Of a stretch of DNA of 64,000 nucleotides, positions 45,989-59,269 are shown piece after piece. The notes beneath the pieces are model-generated. The model was not told the origin of the DNA and did no database searches. It saw nothing but the letters and a program-made list of their open reading frames with translations. The DNA lies in contig CBFFRP010000284.1 of the NCBI GenBank assembly GCA_965644295.1, positions 158,766-222,765 of the forward strand, in the 5' to 3' direction. Source of the DNA: Paraphysomonas bandaiensis (lineage: Eukaryota; Protista; Chrysophyceae). Every line of letters starts with the position of its first letter. Positions within the stretch are counted from its first letter, which is position 1. The position numbers and the translations under genes were made by a program.

Positions 45989-48900
45989 ATGGGAGTTCCA
46001 GCTTTCTATCGTTGGTTATCTGAGCGCTATCCTAAGATAGTAGTAGATGTACTAGAGAAGAGGAGTCAAGTCCTAAGTGGTGAAGAGATCCCACTTAATT
46101 TATTAGAACCTAATCCAAATGGAATTGAGTTTGATAATCTCTATATTGATATGAATGGTCTCATTCATCCATGCTCTCATCCAGAGGACAGAGAAGCACC
46201 ATCCAATGAGTCGGAAATGTATTTAAATGTGACCAAATATGTCGATAGATTGTTTGCTGCTATTCGTCCACGTAGATTACTGTTTCTTGCTATAGATGGG
46301 GTCGCACCAAGAGCAAAAATGAATCAACAACGAGCTCGTCGTTTTCGTGCTGCACAAGAGGCATCAGAGAGGGCTCAAATGATGAATGATGTACTACAAG
46401 AGATGGAAGATTTAGGACTACAGCCTCCCCCATCTAATGGATCATCATGGGACTCGAATGTTATTACTCCAGGGACTGAATTTATGGATCGATTGTCACT
46501 GTATATACGGTTTTATATATTGGATCGAATGAATCGGAATCCTGCATGGAGGAGCGTAAAGGTTGTGTTCTCAGATGCATCTGAACCCGGAGAAGGCGAG
46601 CACAAGATCATGAAATTCATCCGATCTCAGCGGTCCCAACCGGGATATGATCCTAATCAGAGACATGTGTTACATGGACTGGATGCGGATTTAATTATGC
46701 TTGGGCTGGCCACCCACGAGGCTCATTTTACTATATTGCGCGAAGAAATCACGTTTGGCCGACAGCAGCGAGACAAAGTCGTTTCGGAGGCAAAGCGTAT
46801 GCTCAATGAGGAGAGCGCCGCTATAGCTGCCTTACATCCTGAAGATGAGTGGGTTTATGGCAAGGCTTTACAATTCTTAAATGTAAATACGTTACGGCAT
46901 TATCTTCGCTTCGAGTTCCAGTCACTCCAGGAAACCTTGCCCTTTCCTTATGACCTGGAAAGAGTCATAGATGACTTCGTGTTTCTTTGCTTCTTCGTTG
47001 GTAATGACTTCCTTCCCCATCTTCCTTCGTTGGATATCAGAGATGGTGCAATAGAATTTCTGCTAGAAGTCTACAAGGATCTGTTACCCTCCATGGGTGA
47101 CTATGTTACGAGACCTGGGGGTGAGGTCAACCTGAGACAGGTGGATGTGCTGTTGTCCCGGGTTGGGGAAGTGGAAGATGAGGTCTTTCAGCAAAGAAAA
47201 GCTGCGGAGGATAAGAAAGCGTACTACCGAAGCAAGTGCTCGGGGAAGCAGCAAGGGTTTGGAAGAAAGAAGACAGATGCAGACCAAGTGACTGATGGAA
47301 AGAGCATGATGGAATATTTTAAAAGCACTGGAAATGAACCTGTTCCCCTGGGAGAAAGTCGGGATAGTGCCACCTACAAACAACATCTAGATATATTTAA
47401 GAAGAAGAAAGAGCACCAAAAGGCTATTCCGGTTGCAGACAATGCTGCTGCTGCCGATGCACTGCGCAGTGTGTTGGGCAAGAGGCGTGGTGCTAGCGCT
47501 GAGGCAAATGACACCGACAGTTGCGATGTCAATGGGAGTAGTGAGGAGGCGTCGTCTAATATTAATGACATAGGTACGAGTCCAGAAGCTCTCATTGAAG
47601 AAACGCCCGCTGGTGGCAGCAGTGGCGATAGTGATGACGGAGATGCTGGGGACATTGAGGAGGAGAGAACGGTGCTTCCTGAACCTCTTATTCGCAATCT
47701 TGCGGCTGCAGCTGGAGCGGACGACGAGAAGAAAGCCAAAGTTGCTGAGCTAGTGAAGTCCCGACTCTCTGCAAAACAAGAGGAGCTGATTGAGACCAAC
47801 AAAAAGAATGTAGTAGACACCGTTAAGCTGCACGAGTCGGGATGGAAGGGCAGATATTATGAGGATAAACACAAAAAAGAAGATATCGCTAAAAATGGAG
47901 GACTAGAGGTCATGTTGCGAGAGTATATTAAAGGGCTATGCTGGGTGCTCAAATACTATTACCAGGTATGTTTGTCTATGTGAGCCAAAGTAATTCTAAC
48001 CTTTTGTTTGGGGCAGGGCTGTCCGTCCTGGAATTGGTATTACCCCTTCCATTACGCTCCGTTTGCCTCAGATCTCGTCAACGTGGACACATATGAAATA
48101 TCCTTCGAACTCTCAGAGCCATTCCTACCTGTGGAGCAGCTGTTGGCGGTTCTTCCTGCAGAGTCTGTACACGCTCTACCGGAGGCGTGCCAATGGCTGA
48201 TGCTCGATGAAAAGTCCCCTATACGAGACCTCTACTCCTCCGATATACCCATTGACCCTAACGGAAAGGTTCTTCCGTGGTTGTGGGTGGTATTGTTGCC
48301 CTTCATAGACGAACGGCGCATCAAATCAGCGATGGCGCTGTGTAAGGACAATATGACTGAGGAGGAGACCCGCAGGAACACATTCGGGACGTCGGTGATA
48401 TTTCTCCATCGAAAACACCCACTCGTGTTAAAGGCCCTTTCTCAAATGTACTACCCTAATACCAGTGATACTGGTGACGTAGTAATATTGCGGGCGGAAA
48501 CGGAGTGCTGCGAAGTTTACTTCCCTCCTACAGCAAGTGAAGGGGATGGCATATCTGGTCATTTGCGTGTTCCACAATCAGAACTGTACCAGTTTCCTCT
48601 GGGAGCTCGTGTGCCTGCCCCTACCAGACCTGTCGGGTGCTTTTCCGATATCGAACAGAGTCATGCGACTTGCTTCGAGTTCTCTTTCCCAAAGGAACGC
48701 GAACATCGTTCGCAGATTCTTGAAGGTGCTGAAGAGGGGGCAACTGGCCTTTCCGCTTATGACTTTATGCCGCGAAAGGCGAGACGTACGCGTGGCCAGG
48801 TTAATATTCTCGATATTGCGAATGGTATGCGAGATGGGGTTGGTGGACAACAGCGCATGATAACAAATAGCTTAGGAATCTCACACGCACGACATGAAGG

Positions 48901-49483
48901 CATGTCGTACCAGTATCAGCAAGAGGTAGCTAGGGCAGGATACACACAGAGGAGAGATTACCAGAAATTGCCTCAATATGGATACAACCAACAGATAGAT
49001 TACAGCTACTCCGCAGGTAGAGACCACCCCAGGGATTATCAGCAGCCACCTCCGCAAAAGTATAGCAGAAACAGCTCTCAATACGGTTACTCTCACAACC
49101 CTTCTGTGTCCTATTCTCAAGTGCGCCCCCCGCCACCTCCTATTCCTTTCCAACAGCCACCACACCAACAGCGAACCCCATACCAGTATCAACAAGCACC
49201 CGGCTATCAGCACAACATGGGGTACGCGGCCCCGCGTCAGTTTCAAGGACAAGGTTACTCTCAGCAGCCGAGTTATCAACAGCAGTCAGCGTATCGTCCC
49301 CCACCAGTCAGTCGGCCACCAGCCCCGAGGCCCCCCTATAATGCACCACGACCTAACTCCCAACATAGCCATACTGTCCCGGCGACGGGATCTATAGCGT
49401 CTATGCGGGCACAGCTATCCGGAGGACAACAACAGCAGCAACAGGCTTACAATGTCTCACGGGACCCACGACTGAGGCGATAG
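45989..49483 (+). CDS. XRN2: 5'-3' exoribonuclease 2 (XRN2/Rat1) with a Q/Y/P-rich low-complexity tail
   Basis: MGVPAFYRWL, FDNLYIDMNGLIHPCSHP, DGVAPRAKMNQQR, PGEGEHK, HGLDADL, VGNDFLPH, WYYPFHYAP; intron ~47966-48016. Confidence 0.96.
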
Positions 49484-50149
49484 ATATATATTTGGAATGA
49501 ATTGGATAGTGATAGTGGCGCATGAAGAACGTTGCGCATTGTGTGTTATATATAGAGAGAATAACTCATTGTTGAGCTAATTGAAGGCCAGAGTGTTTGC
49601 CATTGTTGTTTTTCCAAGTTTCAGAGGGATGAAGATATCTGTAATAAATTTCAAAATTCAAAATTACAATGTCAATAATATTGACTCAATATTGCACAGT
49701 TCTTCTGTACGCTTAGTTTAAGGGGGAGAGTTGAAGTATAAACTTCGCTTCCGTAGTTTCCCTATATTGCATACGCACGACGTATATTGAATGAATGGAT
49801 ATCACACCACATGCATGCATATCCACACACTTAGTACAATGTATCGACATGTTACATGTGTATTCTCTAATCATTATTCTCTTTACACCAAGTCTATACC
49901 TTGTAGGACAGCCAAGATCTTATACAGTTGTGACAAAACGGAGTGATGCCATGTTATCCGTTATCCCATTATAGGATGTGTGTAGTGTGTAGGGAAGTAG
50001 GGAATACCACCTTCTATCGTTCCATAGTCAACTCATTTCAGTTCATTGTTTATCCAAAATATTTCAGGAAACTTCATTATTCATTTAACATTTAAGCCAT
50101 GTAATAGTACAGAATTTAACTACGACATATCACTGATGCTACAAACTAC

Positions 50150-51269
50150 CAGGGCTGAGTATCAATTGATTTTCAATTAATTGGCTGGCTAAATTATATA
50201 TAGCATCTTACGATACTAGCTACTGATCTTAGGAATACACCGATTATTTTATGTTAGCATAAATAGTAGTATGTATGTATGCGCACAGTCACGTTATCAT
50301 TATATTAATCGAAATTTATGTTAGTGTACACTTTAACCTCGGCATGCAAGAGTAATATATCATGTGAAACATACTTAAGATCGTTGACAACGAACAAACT
50401 GAGCACCTCCATAACGATTGTCTAGATACATAGCATATAATCATGTGATAGCATATTCAACTGCTTCGAAATATTCAAGTATAGTAGTTGTGTAAATGAC
50501 GTTATAAGTGTATCCGTTAGGTACCACTATCAGAGGAAGAGAAGTATGTGTGTGTGCAAGAATATCTTAATACAGAGGATCCGTAGTGTGTGTGTACAAC
50601 AATAATGGACTAGAAGCATTGGATAGCCATACTTATTATTCTTATTTATTCAACAGGATGGCATTGAATGAACAAATTTGATTATTTAATTTGTCAGTAC
50701 CCTGGGATGAAATTCACCTGGGTGCAGACGCAGAAATTGTTCAAACTTCAGATTTCGAGAGAGCAGTAGTAAAAATTCAGCGCGGTAGGGAACAAGAACT
50801 GAACCGCGCTGAAAAAGCGCAGGTGCGACGCTTTTTGATAAATGGTGTACCTACACACGAAGGTGAACTTGATGAAAAGAAAGATGAGGAGGAGGAAGAC
50901 GAGACAACCGAAAAAAGACAACCGAAAACGCCAAAAAGCACACCTCAAACTTCCAACACGATATTATTGCATGAAGTATTTGTATAGCATACCAATGTTT
51001 GTGAGAGATTGTTTAGCAGAGATCTAAGATTGTTATGACTAGATTTTCGCAAGCGAATGACAACTAGACACCTTAAAATGCTGAATTTTCTGTATGTTAA
51101 TGTTTCTTTGGGATGAGATTATAGTTCAGAAAGTTATTCTAAAATTTACCAATAAAATTAAAGGCAATTAATTACCAATTAATTGCATTGCCAATAATTG
51201 GATGCTTGATTAATAATTGCTATTATTATTGTTGGACACCTGTCGCCAATTAATTGTTACGCAAGCCTG
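50150..51269 (+). mobile_element. Decayed hAT-like transposon with a transposase 3' remnant
   Basis: Ends cagggctgagtatcaattg / aattgttacgcaagcctg; internal LGADAEIVQTSDFERAVVKIQRG and NVCERLFSR remnants at ~50690-51110. Confidence 0.65.
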
Positions 51270-51725
51270 CTGCAGACTGCAGAGAAATGTCAAAAGAGCA
51301 GAAGAATCAGACCAGTGCAACATAGATCAGGTCCATTAAGCATGAGCCGGAGTCCACAGTCCACGGAAGTATGTAGGCCCTTCATAGTCTCACTTTAGTC
51401 TTCTCGGTAGTGAATGGAGTTTCTATTCGTGGAAGTATTAGCACCACTCATGTTAGTATTAGTTTGAATGCAGAAGTACTACGCACACTAATACTATATT
51501 GAAGAGCAGAACTTATAATGTTTGCTGCTCGCTTGTCACCCATTGCTGAAATTTATGACTGTTCATAATTCAACTACATTACAGAGAAGCTTATAAAACG
51601 ACTTCACATAAAAATAGCTGACCGTATGAACTGATTATGGATTAATTATGAGAAGTGATAAACTTTCTTTCATGATGCACTTTATCATAGAGTTGCAATA
51701 AGCTAGATAATATGTGATAGCACCA

Positions 51726-52778
51726 TTACGCAGTAGCAGAACTTTCAAAGAACCGGCAGATGGCAACGTTCATGTCTTGTTGGAGCTTATCATATTCACA
51801 GAACTGCATTCTTTCTCCAGTGATGACCTCGAAAAGCATAATATACCTCCTAGCAAGCTCACTGATGAGCTCTAATGGCGCTTCTGGAATCTGTATGTCT
51901 TCATACGGATCACACATTTCAGTATACCAGCGCCTCAAAAATTCTTTGTCGATGTTCTCTGGCTCTTTACCAGAGGATACGCGACCCTCGTAAGAATGTG
52001 CAAGCCAGTACCTGCTTGAATCTGGAGTCTGCAACTCATCCACAAGTAAAATCTCCCCTGTTAACTCGCACCGCCCGAATTCATACTTTGTATCTACAAG
52101 AATCAGACCCCTTTCTAGAGCTTTCTCCTGACTATCTCGAAAAAGTCGCATTGCATAGTCACTGCATACGTCCCACTCCTCTTGTGCCATACGACCTGAG
52201 GCAACAACCTCCGCAGCAGATATAAGTTCATCATGGGAATCGTCTTTGGTGGTTGGCGTCAGAAGGACACGGTCCAGACGTTGGTTTTTCACGAGTCCCT
52301 CTGGCAAATGATGCCCACAATAATCGCGTACACCCTTCGCATAATTAGTCCACATAGAAGTACTCGTTGTTCCAGTGATAAATCCTCTGACTACAAATTC
52401 AATTGGAAACACTTTACACTTCCTACATATTGCTATGTTTGGATGAGGACATGCAACTATATGATTGGGTACGACTGATTTCATCTGTGAGAACCACCAC
52501 ATCGATATCATGTTAAGTACCTGACCCTTAAGAGAGAGTTATATATCTAATGATGTACACGTATGTGAAGCAGTCACCTTATAGGGAACAGATGCGATAC
52601 AGCGGTCGAATGCACTCAATCTGTCAGTTGTGACGATAACCACATGCGTATCGGTCAGATAGACGTCTCGTACTTTCCCTGTGTGCTTATGGACTGTGAT
52701 GTGATCTGGGAATGACAGATTTGTATCGCAAAGAGCTGTGTATGAGTTAGTTATACGAGAGATGACTGAAAGATGCAT
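51726..52778 (-). CDS. ADE1: SAICAR synthase (phosphoribosylaminoimidazolesuccinocarboxamide synthase)
   Basis: GKVRDVY, TTDRLSAFD, PIEFVVRG.ITG, TPTTK...HD, LILVDTKYEFG, DELQTPDSSRYW, DKEFLR; one intron. Confidence 0.96.
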
Positions 52779-53664
52779 ATGTGTATATATATGTGTGTGT
52801 ATATAGGTGTGTATGTAAGTGTGTATGTATGTGCTGACAGTAGTATGTGTGTGTGTGTGTGTAAGTACATGTGCTGACAGTGTGTGTCTTCATGTGTGAA
52901 GTTCGAAGAGAACTTCTTCATATACATATACACGTATACTCCATCACACACACATCTCTGCATGTATATGTATATGCGTATACTCCATCACACACACATC
53001 TCTATGTATATGTATAGGGCGGACCTGTGTGTCTGGAGGGGTCGATAAAGCGCCTCACATAAGCCTCTGTGGACTGATTGATTGATGAAATAACAGCCTG
53101 CATATCTCTGCCCTCATGAGATTATTCTCATATGTGTCTTACGGATGTGTGTGTTCACTGCTCTGTTCTTGTGTATGATGATCATGAGCAGCCCTCTCAA
53201 GATACAATGATGCCACTGCTCTCTGCTCTGTACACCGACACTCCGTACTGCTGGAGGTGGATATGTAGATGTGCAGTGTATGTGTACATGTGTACCTGTA
53301 TACCTGGAGGTGGATAGATAGGTACACGTATGTCTATGATGTACGTACCTGCATATGAAATAAAAAGTACAGTACTGTAGTTCACTCGCAGTATATCGCG
53401 GTTATGACATACTGGTGTACGTACCCTGTGCGTATTCTCAGTATTCTCAGAATGAACCAGAAGTGTGTGTGTGTGTACTGCTGTATGTGTGTACTCTGTA
53501 CATATAGAGCAAGTAGTATCCTCTTGGTGCTTGTGCATATTAATGCCTCGCTATCAATACTGATGCCTGTGGAGCTATTCATTAACGTATAGACTTAACT
53601 ACTTGATCAACTAGTTCATCTATTTACTAACCATAGTGCACAACACACACACATTAAATCAAAG

Positions 53665-55887
53665 ATGGCATCCATGAAAACTATGATGCTACACGTGCTT
53701 GATCTGAGCCCTTCTATGTGGGAATCTGTCAGTAAAGGTATATGTAAGGTCGATCTCTGTAAGTCTATCATAGAGTCCTTCCTACTACACCGTATGCTTG
53801 CATCTAAGACCATTGAGTTTGGGCTATTGACTTATGGCAGCAGTGATACGTGTGTCGAGGAGATAGAGATAAGGAAACCTTCACTGGATACTCTTAAAGA
53901 TATACAGAGCATAGGGGGGCATAAGGACATACAGGGGGATGTACAGGGAGGGACAGATAGGGTATATATGGGGATACATGCGGCTCATAAGATTGTCACG
54001 GAAACTAATAGTGGAAAAAAGTTTAATAGAGTGATTGTGTTGTTTACTGATGCGGAGAGTGAGCTCGCCAATGATAACAACACTCGCTCCCTTGCTGAAG
54101 ACCTCAAGTCCAATGAATGCATAGTGTATATTGTACTTATTATAGATAAATTGAAACAAAGCTCCCTCACGTCTCAAATATCTCGCTTTCGCGACTTTGC
54201 AAATGATGTTGGGGGATACTTAACTGTCACCAACGATTTGGCAGGTGCAATGGGGTTCCTCTCGTCCGGTCCTGGTATGGGTACCCGTCCCACACAGAGC
54301 AAGATAGCGTTTGAGCTATCTCCAGACTTTAAGATTCCATGCTTTTACTGCAGTAAGACCAGTAAAGTACCCCTACCGTCACTCAAAAAGCAATCAAATG
54401 CTTCCTATGACGTGGACATGCCCGACAGTGGGAAGGTATCGTACTTTGTATGAACATGAAGTGTAGTTTACGAGCTGTGCTCAGGTGTCTATGAGCACTA
54501 TGTACCGGAATCCATCGGACCCTGATGAGGAGCTTGAGTTCGAGGATCGCGTGAAGGGATATAAGTACGGTCCGCAATACATTCCTTTTGGTGGGATGGA
54601 TGACGACGTTCTCAAGCTCTCTTCCCCTCCCGTTGTTCGATTATTGGGGTTTTTGCCTGCTAATCGAGTACCTCGTTACCACTTTTTGGATGTATGCTTT
54701 GTGCTAGGACCTAACCCTTCGACGCCTGAAGGAGAAGGAGCAGGAAGGGTGATTGCAGCACTCAGCCGTGCGATGCGAAAGTTAGACCAGGTTGCATTAG
54801 CAAGATTTGTGAAGCGTGAAAATTCAGACCCTTGGCTTGTGGTGATCATGCCCAAGCCTGATAGTGAAGGGGGAAGAGATGACAGGGCTCTGGTGATGCA
54901 CCGCCTACCTTGCGCTGAGGACCTACGAAATTTTATTTTTCCTCCTCTCTCTATGGATGGGGTGACTGCCGAACAGACCCGGGCAGTATCTAGCGCTATC
55001 GATGCGATGACCATACCCTCTGCACTTTCCCCCGAGGGGCTACTCATGTTCAATCCAGCCTCCCTTGCTGTACTCAGCAGAATCCAGCAACGCGCAGGGG
55101 TAAGTTCATCCTGCCTGACCGGTGTGCTTGGGTTTGATGACACATTTTCAAGTATGGGAGATGTACCCGAGATATCGATGCTGTGGAGGACCGTGCGTGA
55201 GCATTGTGAGCTACTTCCACGGGATAACAGCGAGAAAGGTCGTAAACGGAAAGTGTTTTGGGCGGATGTTGACATCGGAGAAGATGTGAATAAAACAATC
55301 AAGCAGGAGAAGTCGGAAAGTAAAACAAACGTTGAGCCCTTGCCATCTCCTCTTAATGAGGGATCGGTGAATCCTACCGAGGAGTTTACAGTTCTTCTCA
55401 AGACTTTTGCAGAGGAAAAAGACAATGATCGGACTGATGAATTACGTCATATTATTGTGGAGAGCCTATCTGCTTTGCGACGTATTGTTGATCTGCTCGT
55501 TACTACTGGGGGAACCAGTGCGCATTACCGGAAGGCCCTCGCATGCATCAAGGTAGGACGATGTTTATATGTTTATGTGTCTGATATGGGCACCAGTGCA
55601 TGCGAGAGGGATCAATCCAGGTGAGGGAGCATGATGCCTTCAATCAGTACATGAGAGACACGATTAAGAGAAAATTCAGTGTCGGAAGGCACTCCAAATT
55701 CTGGGAGAGTATTCGGAGCGATGGCGTGACACTCATATCATCGGAAGATACTGCACAGGTGTGCTCTGTGACCGCTGCGGAGGCAAGAGACTTCCTTGCG
55801 GAAGAGAAAATTGTCGACGTTGCACCTAATATCGAGACGAAGGAGGAGGACCAAGATGAAGATGATTTGTTTGACAATATGATGTAG
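53665..55887 (+). CDS. KU80: Ku80 (vWA + beta-barrel + C-terminal DNA-PKcs-binding domain)
   Basis: VLDLSPSM, VLFTDAE, KGYKYGPQYIP, RLPCAEDLR.F.FP, HYRKALACI, FWESI...GVTLIS, terminal EDDLFDNMM; two introns. Confidence 0.92.
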
Positions 55888-56499
55888 TTAGTAGAATACG
55901 TACAAGATTGGGCGGGGACATATATATCTGTGCTGTTCGAAGAAGTAGTGATAATATATATGTTATTTTTGAATTTTAAATCCTAGCTTTTTTAACGTAA
56001 TAGATAAATCTGCATGGGTATTTGTACTACTGGTTATATATGTGACATGAGAAAATATACGCTGTAGCAGATATGTGTTATTCAGACCAGCGATTGTTGT
56101 ATGTAGAAGTATATGGCACGTTTTCACAAGATACAGTATCTCCAAAATGATTTGGATTTTCTTCTCAGGAAATAAACTGTTCCTATTACAAAATCTGCAG
56201 TTATTGTTCACTTAATTCTACTTTACAAGAGGGCGGTGTTGTGTATTATTTACTGGTTCAGCACTCAACATTGTTCAAATGATATTTCATAGATTTAACC
56301 GTCTCTGTCACTTTCGTCCTCCATCTGGTACGGTTGACTTAGAAAGTTCTCAGATGTATCTTATATTACATGCACCATGCACAACCTTAAAGCAATCTCA
56401 TGCATCCACAATCCACACAACTATAGATTCAACCGCCAACATGCCGGGGAATGAAATCTGCGGGGAATAGTAATACGGATAATACCGTGAAATAAGTAA

Positions 56500-56825
56500 G
56501 AAAGGAATCCTCCTACTCCAACATCTCGATGACTCGGATTAGTCAAAGAACGATGAGAGAGCTGTGATTTCTCTTATCACAGAGGATTCTTCCTTGCAAA
56601 GATTCCTCTGTGATGAGAGAAATCACATCTCTCTCATCGTTCCTTTGCTCCACCTGATTCATTTTATATATAATGAACAATAATAATGAATAACAAACTA
56701 CAAAAGAGCAATCAGTGTATTGGACTGAGTGTATGTGTGCCTTGTACTGATATATGATACAGTTGGAGGAGGTGTGAGCAATCCGAGTCATCGAAATGTA
56801 GAAGGAGGAGTAGAAGATTCCTTTC
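56500..56825. repeat. Nested inverted repeats: ~48-bp inner hairpin plus ~40-bp outer stem
   Basis: 56544-56591 pairs with ~56598-56647; 56500-56540 pairs with 56780-56825. Confidence 0.9.
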
Positions 56826-57090
56826 AGTCCACTGCTGTATAACAAAATACGCTACGTAGTTTCATGCATATTAAGAAGTTTTTGTCCGATTCTGTCAAAT
56901 ACGGGAATAGAATACAGTGCCGTATAAACAGCAGGTCATTTCCTGGACATGTCTGCACTCCACTCCTCTCTACATACGTATACATATACAGCATATAATA
57001 TACTGTAGCTATACAGCGCACATATCCTCTCTTGCATGATAGCAGCATCTACAGCAACACCATTCGACCTTGGAAGATATAGTAACTAAT

Positions 57091-57636
57091 ATGGCACAAC
57101 CAATGACAACTGGAGAGCAACATAACTTTGCCACTGATGATGAAGATCTCCGACAGATCCTCTCAGCAGCAGAGACTGGCAATATATCGCTATTAAGATC
57201 AACCGTTACAGAGCATGGTGCAGAGGCCATACAAAAAACAAACAACAGTGGAGGAAATGTTGCTACATTTGCTGCTGCAAATGGCCATGTAGATATATTG
57301 CAATTTGCAATGGAAAATGGTGTATCGCTCCATCAACGTGCATGGATGGGTTCACAACCTTTGCATTTTGCTGCAGGTGGAGGGCATGTTAATGTCCTTC
57401 AGTTCCTACTTGATAACGGCATTCCTATGGATGAGGTGAATGATCATGGTTATAACGCTGCACATGAGGCCGCTAGTGGTGGGCACATTCATGTGCTTCG
57501 ATTTCTCCTCGACACTGCAAGACTTCCCCTGGATTTTTTTAACGCGCGTAACAGAAAGAATCGAACTCCGATGACTTTGGCAACTAGAGCTAATCATTCA
57601 GAGACTGTACAGTATCTACGAAGCCTAGGGCTATGA
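57091..57636 (+). CDS. Small ankyrin-repeat protein
   Basis: 4-5 ankyrin repeats (AAANGHVDILQF, PLHFAAGGGHVNVLQFLL, AAHEAASGGH, TPMTLA). Confidence 0.9.
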   Translation: MAQPMTTGEQHNFATDDEDLRQILSAAETGNISLLRSTVTEHGAEAIQKTNNSGGNVATFAAANGHVDILQFAMENGVSLHQRAWMGSQPLHFAAGGGHVNVLQFLLDNGIPMDEVNDHGYNAAHEAASGGHIHVLRFLLDTARLPLDFFNARNRKNRTPMTLATRANHSETVQYLRSLGL

Positions 57637-58712
57637 AATATTTTATAGCTATTGGGAAACAAAAAAACTGGTAATTAAATTCGTGCTACTGCCATCGATT
57701 TCACAATTATGTGAAGGCAGTAGTTTAGTCACAGTGGATATGATAGTATAAAATAAGAAATGGACTGAATTTCACATATCTGTTATTTATCGCTTCAGTG
57801 TTACTGTCACTTTTACTTCACACCAACGCCCTAAAGATTACACGTCGAATATAGACAAGGGCTAGGGAACAATATATTGCAATCAATAATCATTCAAAGA
57901 CTGTACAGTATCTGCAAAGCCTAGGGCTATAAAATTTCAACTTGCCCATGAACACTATATACTGTTTCTCAGTCCTGATATAGACATATAAAACCGTAAG
58001 TAGACAACGTATTGCCACTGATACGAGGCAGAGATGTTATTGGCATTGACAAGTCTATGATAACCTAATCAAAAGCAAATGACTTCTAACTTCTCTGTCA
58101 CTGCTTACTGTTTTTTCATTTTTACTGACTATGGCAATATTCTTACTTATAATAAGCATATATATATGGAGGCATGAAGGCTATGTCTGTGTTCAAAATT
58201 TTGAAACATAGTTACTTTTACCTCAGTGTCCTTCTGTTATAGAAATATATTCGTTGTTGCTATTATAGAAATTATTGTTTTAAGTTTAATCTAGTACAAT
58301 TGCAATTCCCTACGCTTATGTATAGTGTATAGATATTTGCCTTTTCTAAATTTTGAGCCCGGAACGATACTCGTTATCCCTAGATTCAATTGTAGCTTAT
58401 CCTCATGATGTTAAAAAACTAGAATGAACAACAACCATAGTAGGATACTGAGGGAGTAACAGCGGCGTGATATTCTTACTCATAACTGTGACGATGAATG
58501 TCACACGAGTGTTCTTGTCTTTGGCATCTTCACCACACTGACGTATATCATCTGCTATTTTAACTGAAGTAAATTCTAGAAATGGTGTATCACTTACCCA
58601 AGGTTCATTTTTCCAAAACCGAAATAAGATGATTGCGATTAATATTTTCTGGCTAGCAGAACCTCCTAGAGCAAACAGGTGTATAATTTATGGCTAGCTA
58701 CCCTACTACTAA

Positions 58713-59148
58713 CAGGGCTGCGTAACAGTTCATTGATTTTCAATTACTTACAGTTAATTGTCAATTCTTGGCATTGCAATAATTGAAGTTGGGACAGCAA
58801 AATTTCTTTAATTAATTGTCACTTATTGTAATTTATTGGAATATTTTTAATATAATCTATTTCAGTGCGTATGTTATTACATTAAAAATCTTAAGTGGTA
58901 CAAACTACATATACCAAAATACTAGTTAAACGTTTAAACTTTCTAATGGACCATTAACATGTGTTCACTCTGAAACTAAGAGATGGATTGTACAATAACA
59001 CATGAGTCGTCGCCTCTAGAATGAAATGGCAGTTAAGCTATGTTGGCAGGTAAAGTGTAGCTACATACGTACGTAGTTTAGTACCAATTTATTGTGACAG
59101 TCAGTAATAATTGCAATTATATTTGACAATTTACTGTTACGTAGCCTG
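58713..59148. mobile_element. hAT-like MITE (~436 bp)
   Basis: TIRs cagggctgcgtaacagt / actgttacgtagcctg; AT-rich interior; ctacta-containing flanks on both sides. Confidence 0.75.
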
Positions 59149-59269
59149 GCTACTATTGATAGTGAAGTACAGACTATATATCCTGAGGAACCACAAATAT
59201 AATCTTAATGCCAAACAGCTTAATTAGCAATCATACTCAGCAGCCAAGCAATAGAAATCGCCCTACACT

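Noticed and set aside
52934-53016. ~44-bp tandem duplication upstream of SAICAR synthase; (TCGAAG)3 near 45914-45931
   Set aside because: Two- to three-copy slippage in low-complexity promoter DNA, with no evidence of function
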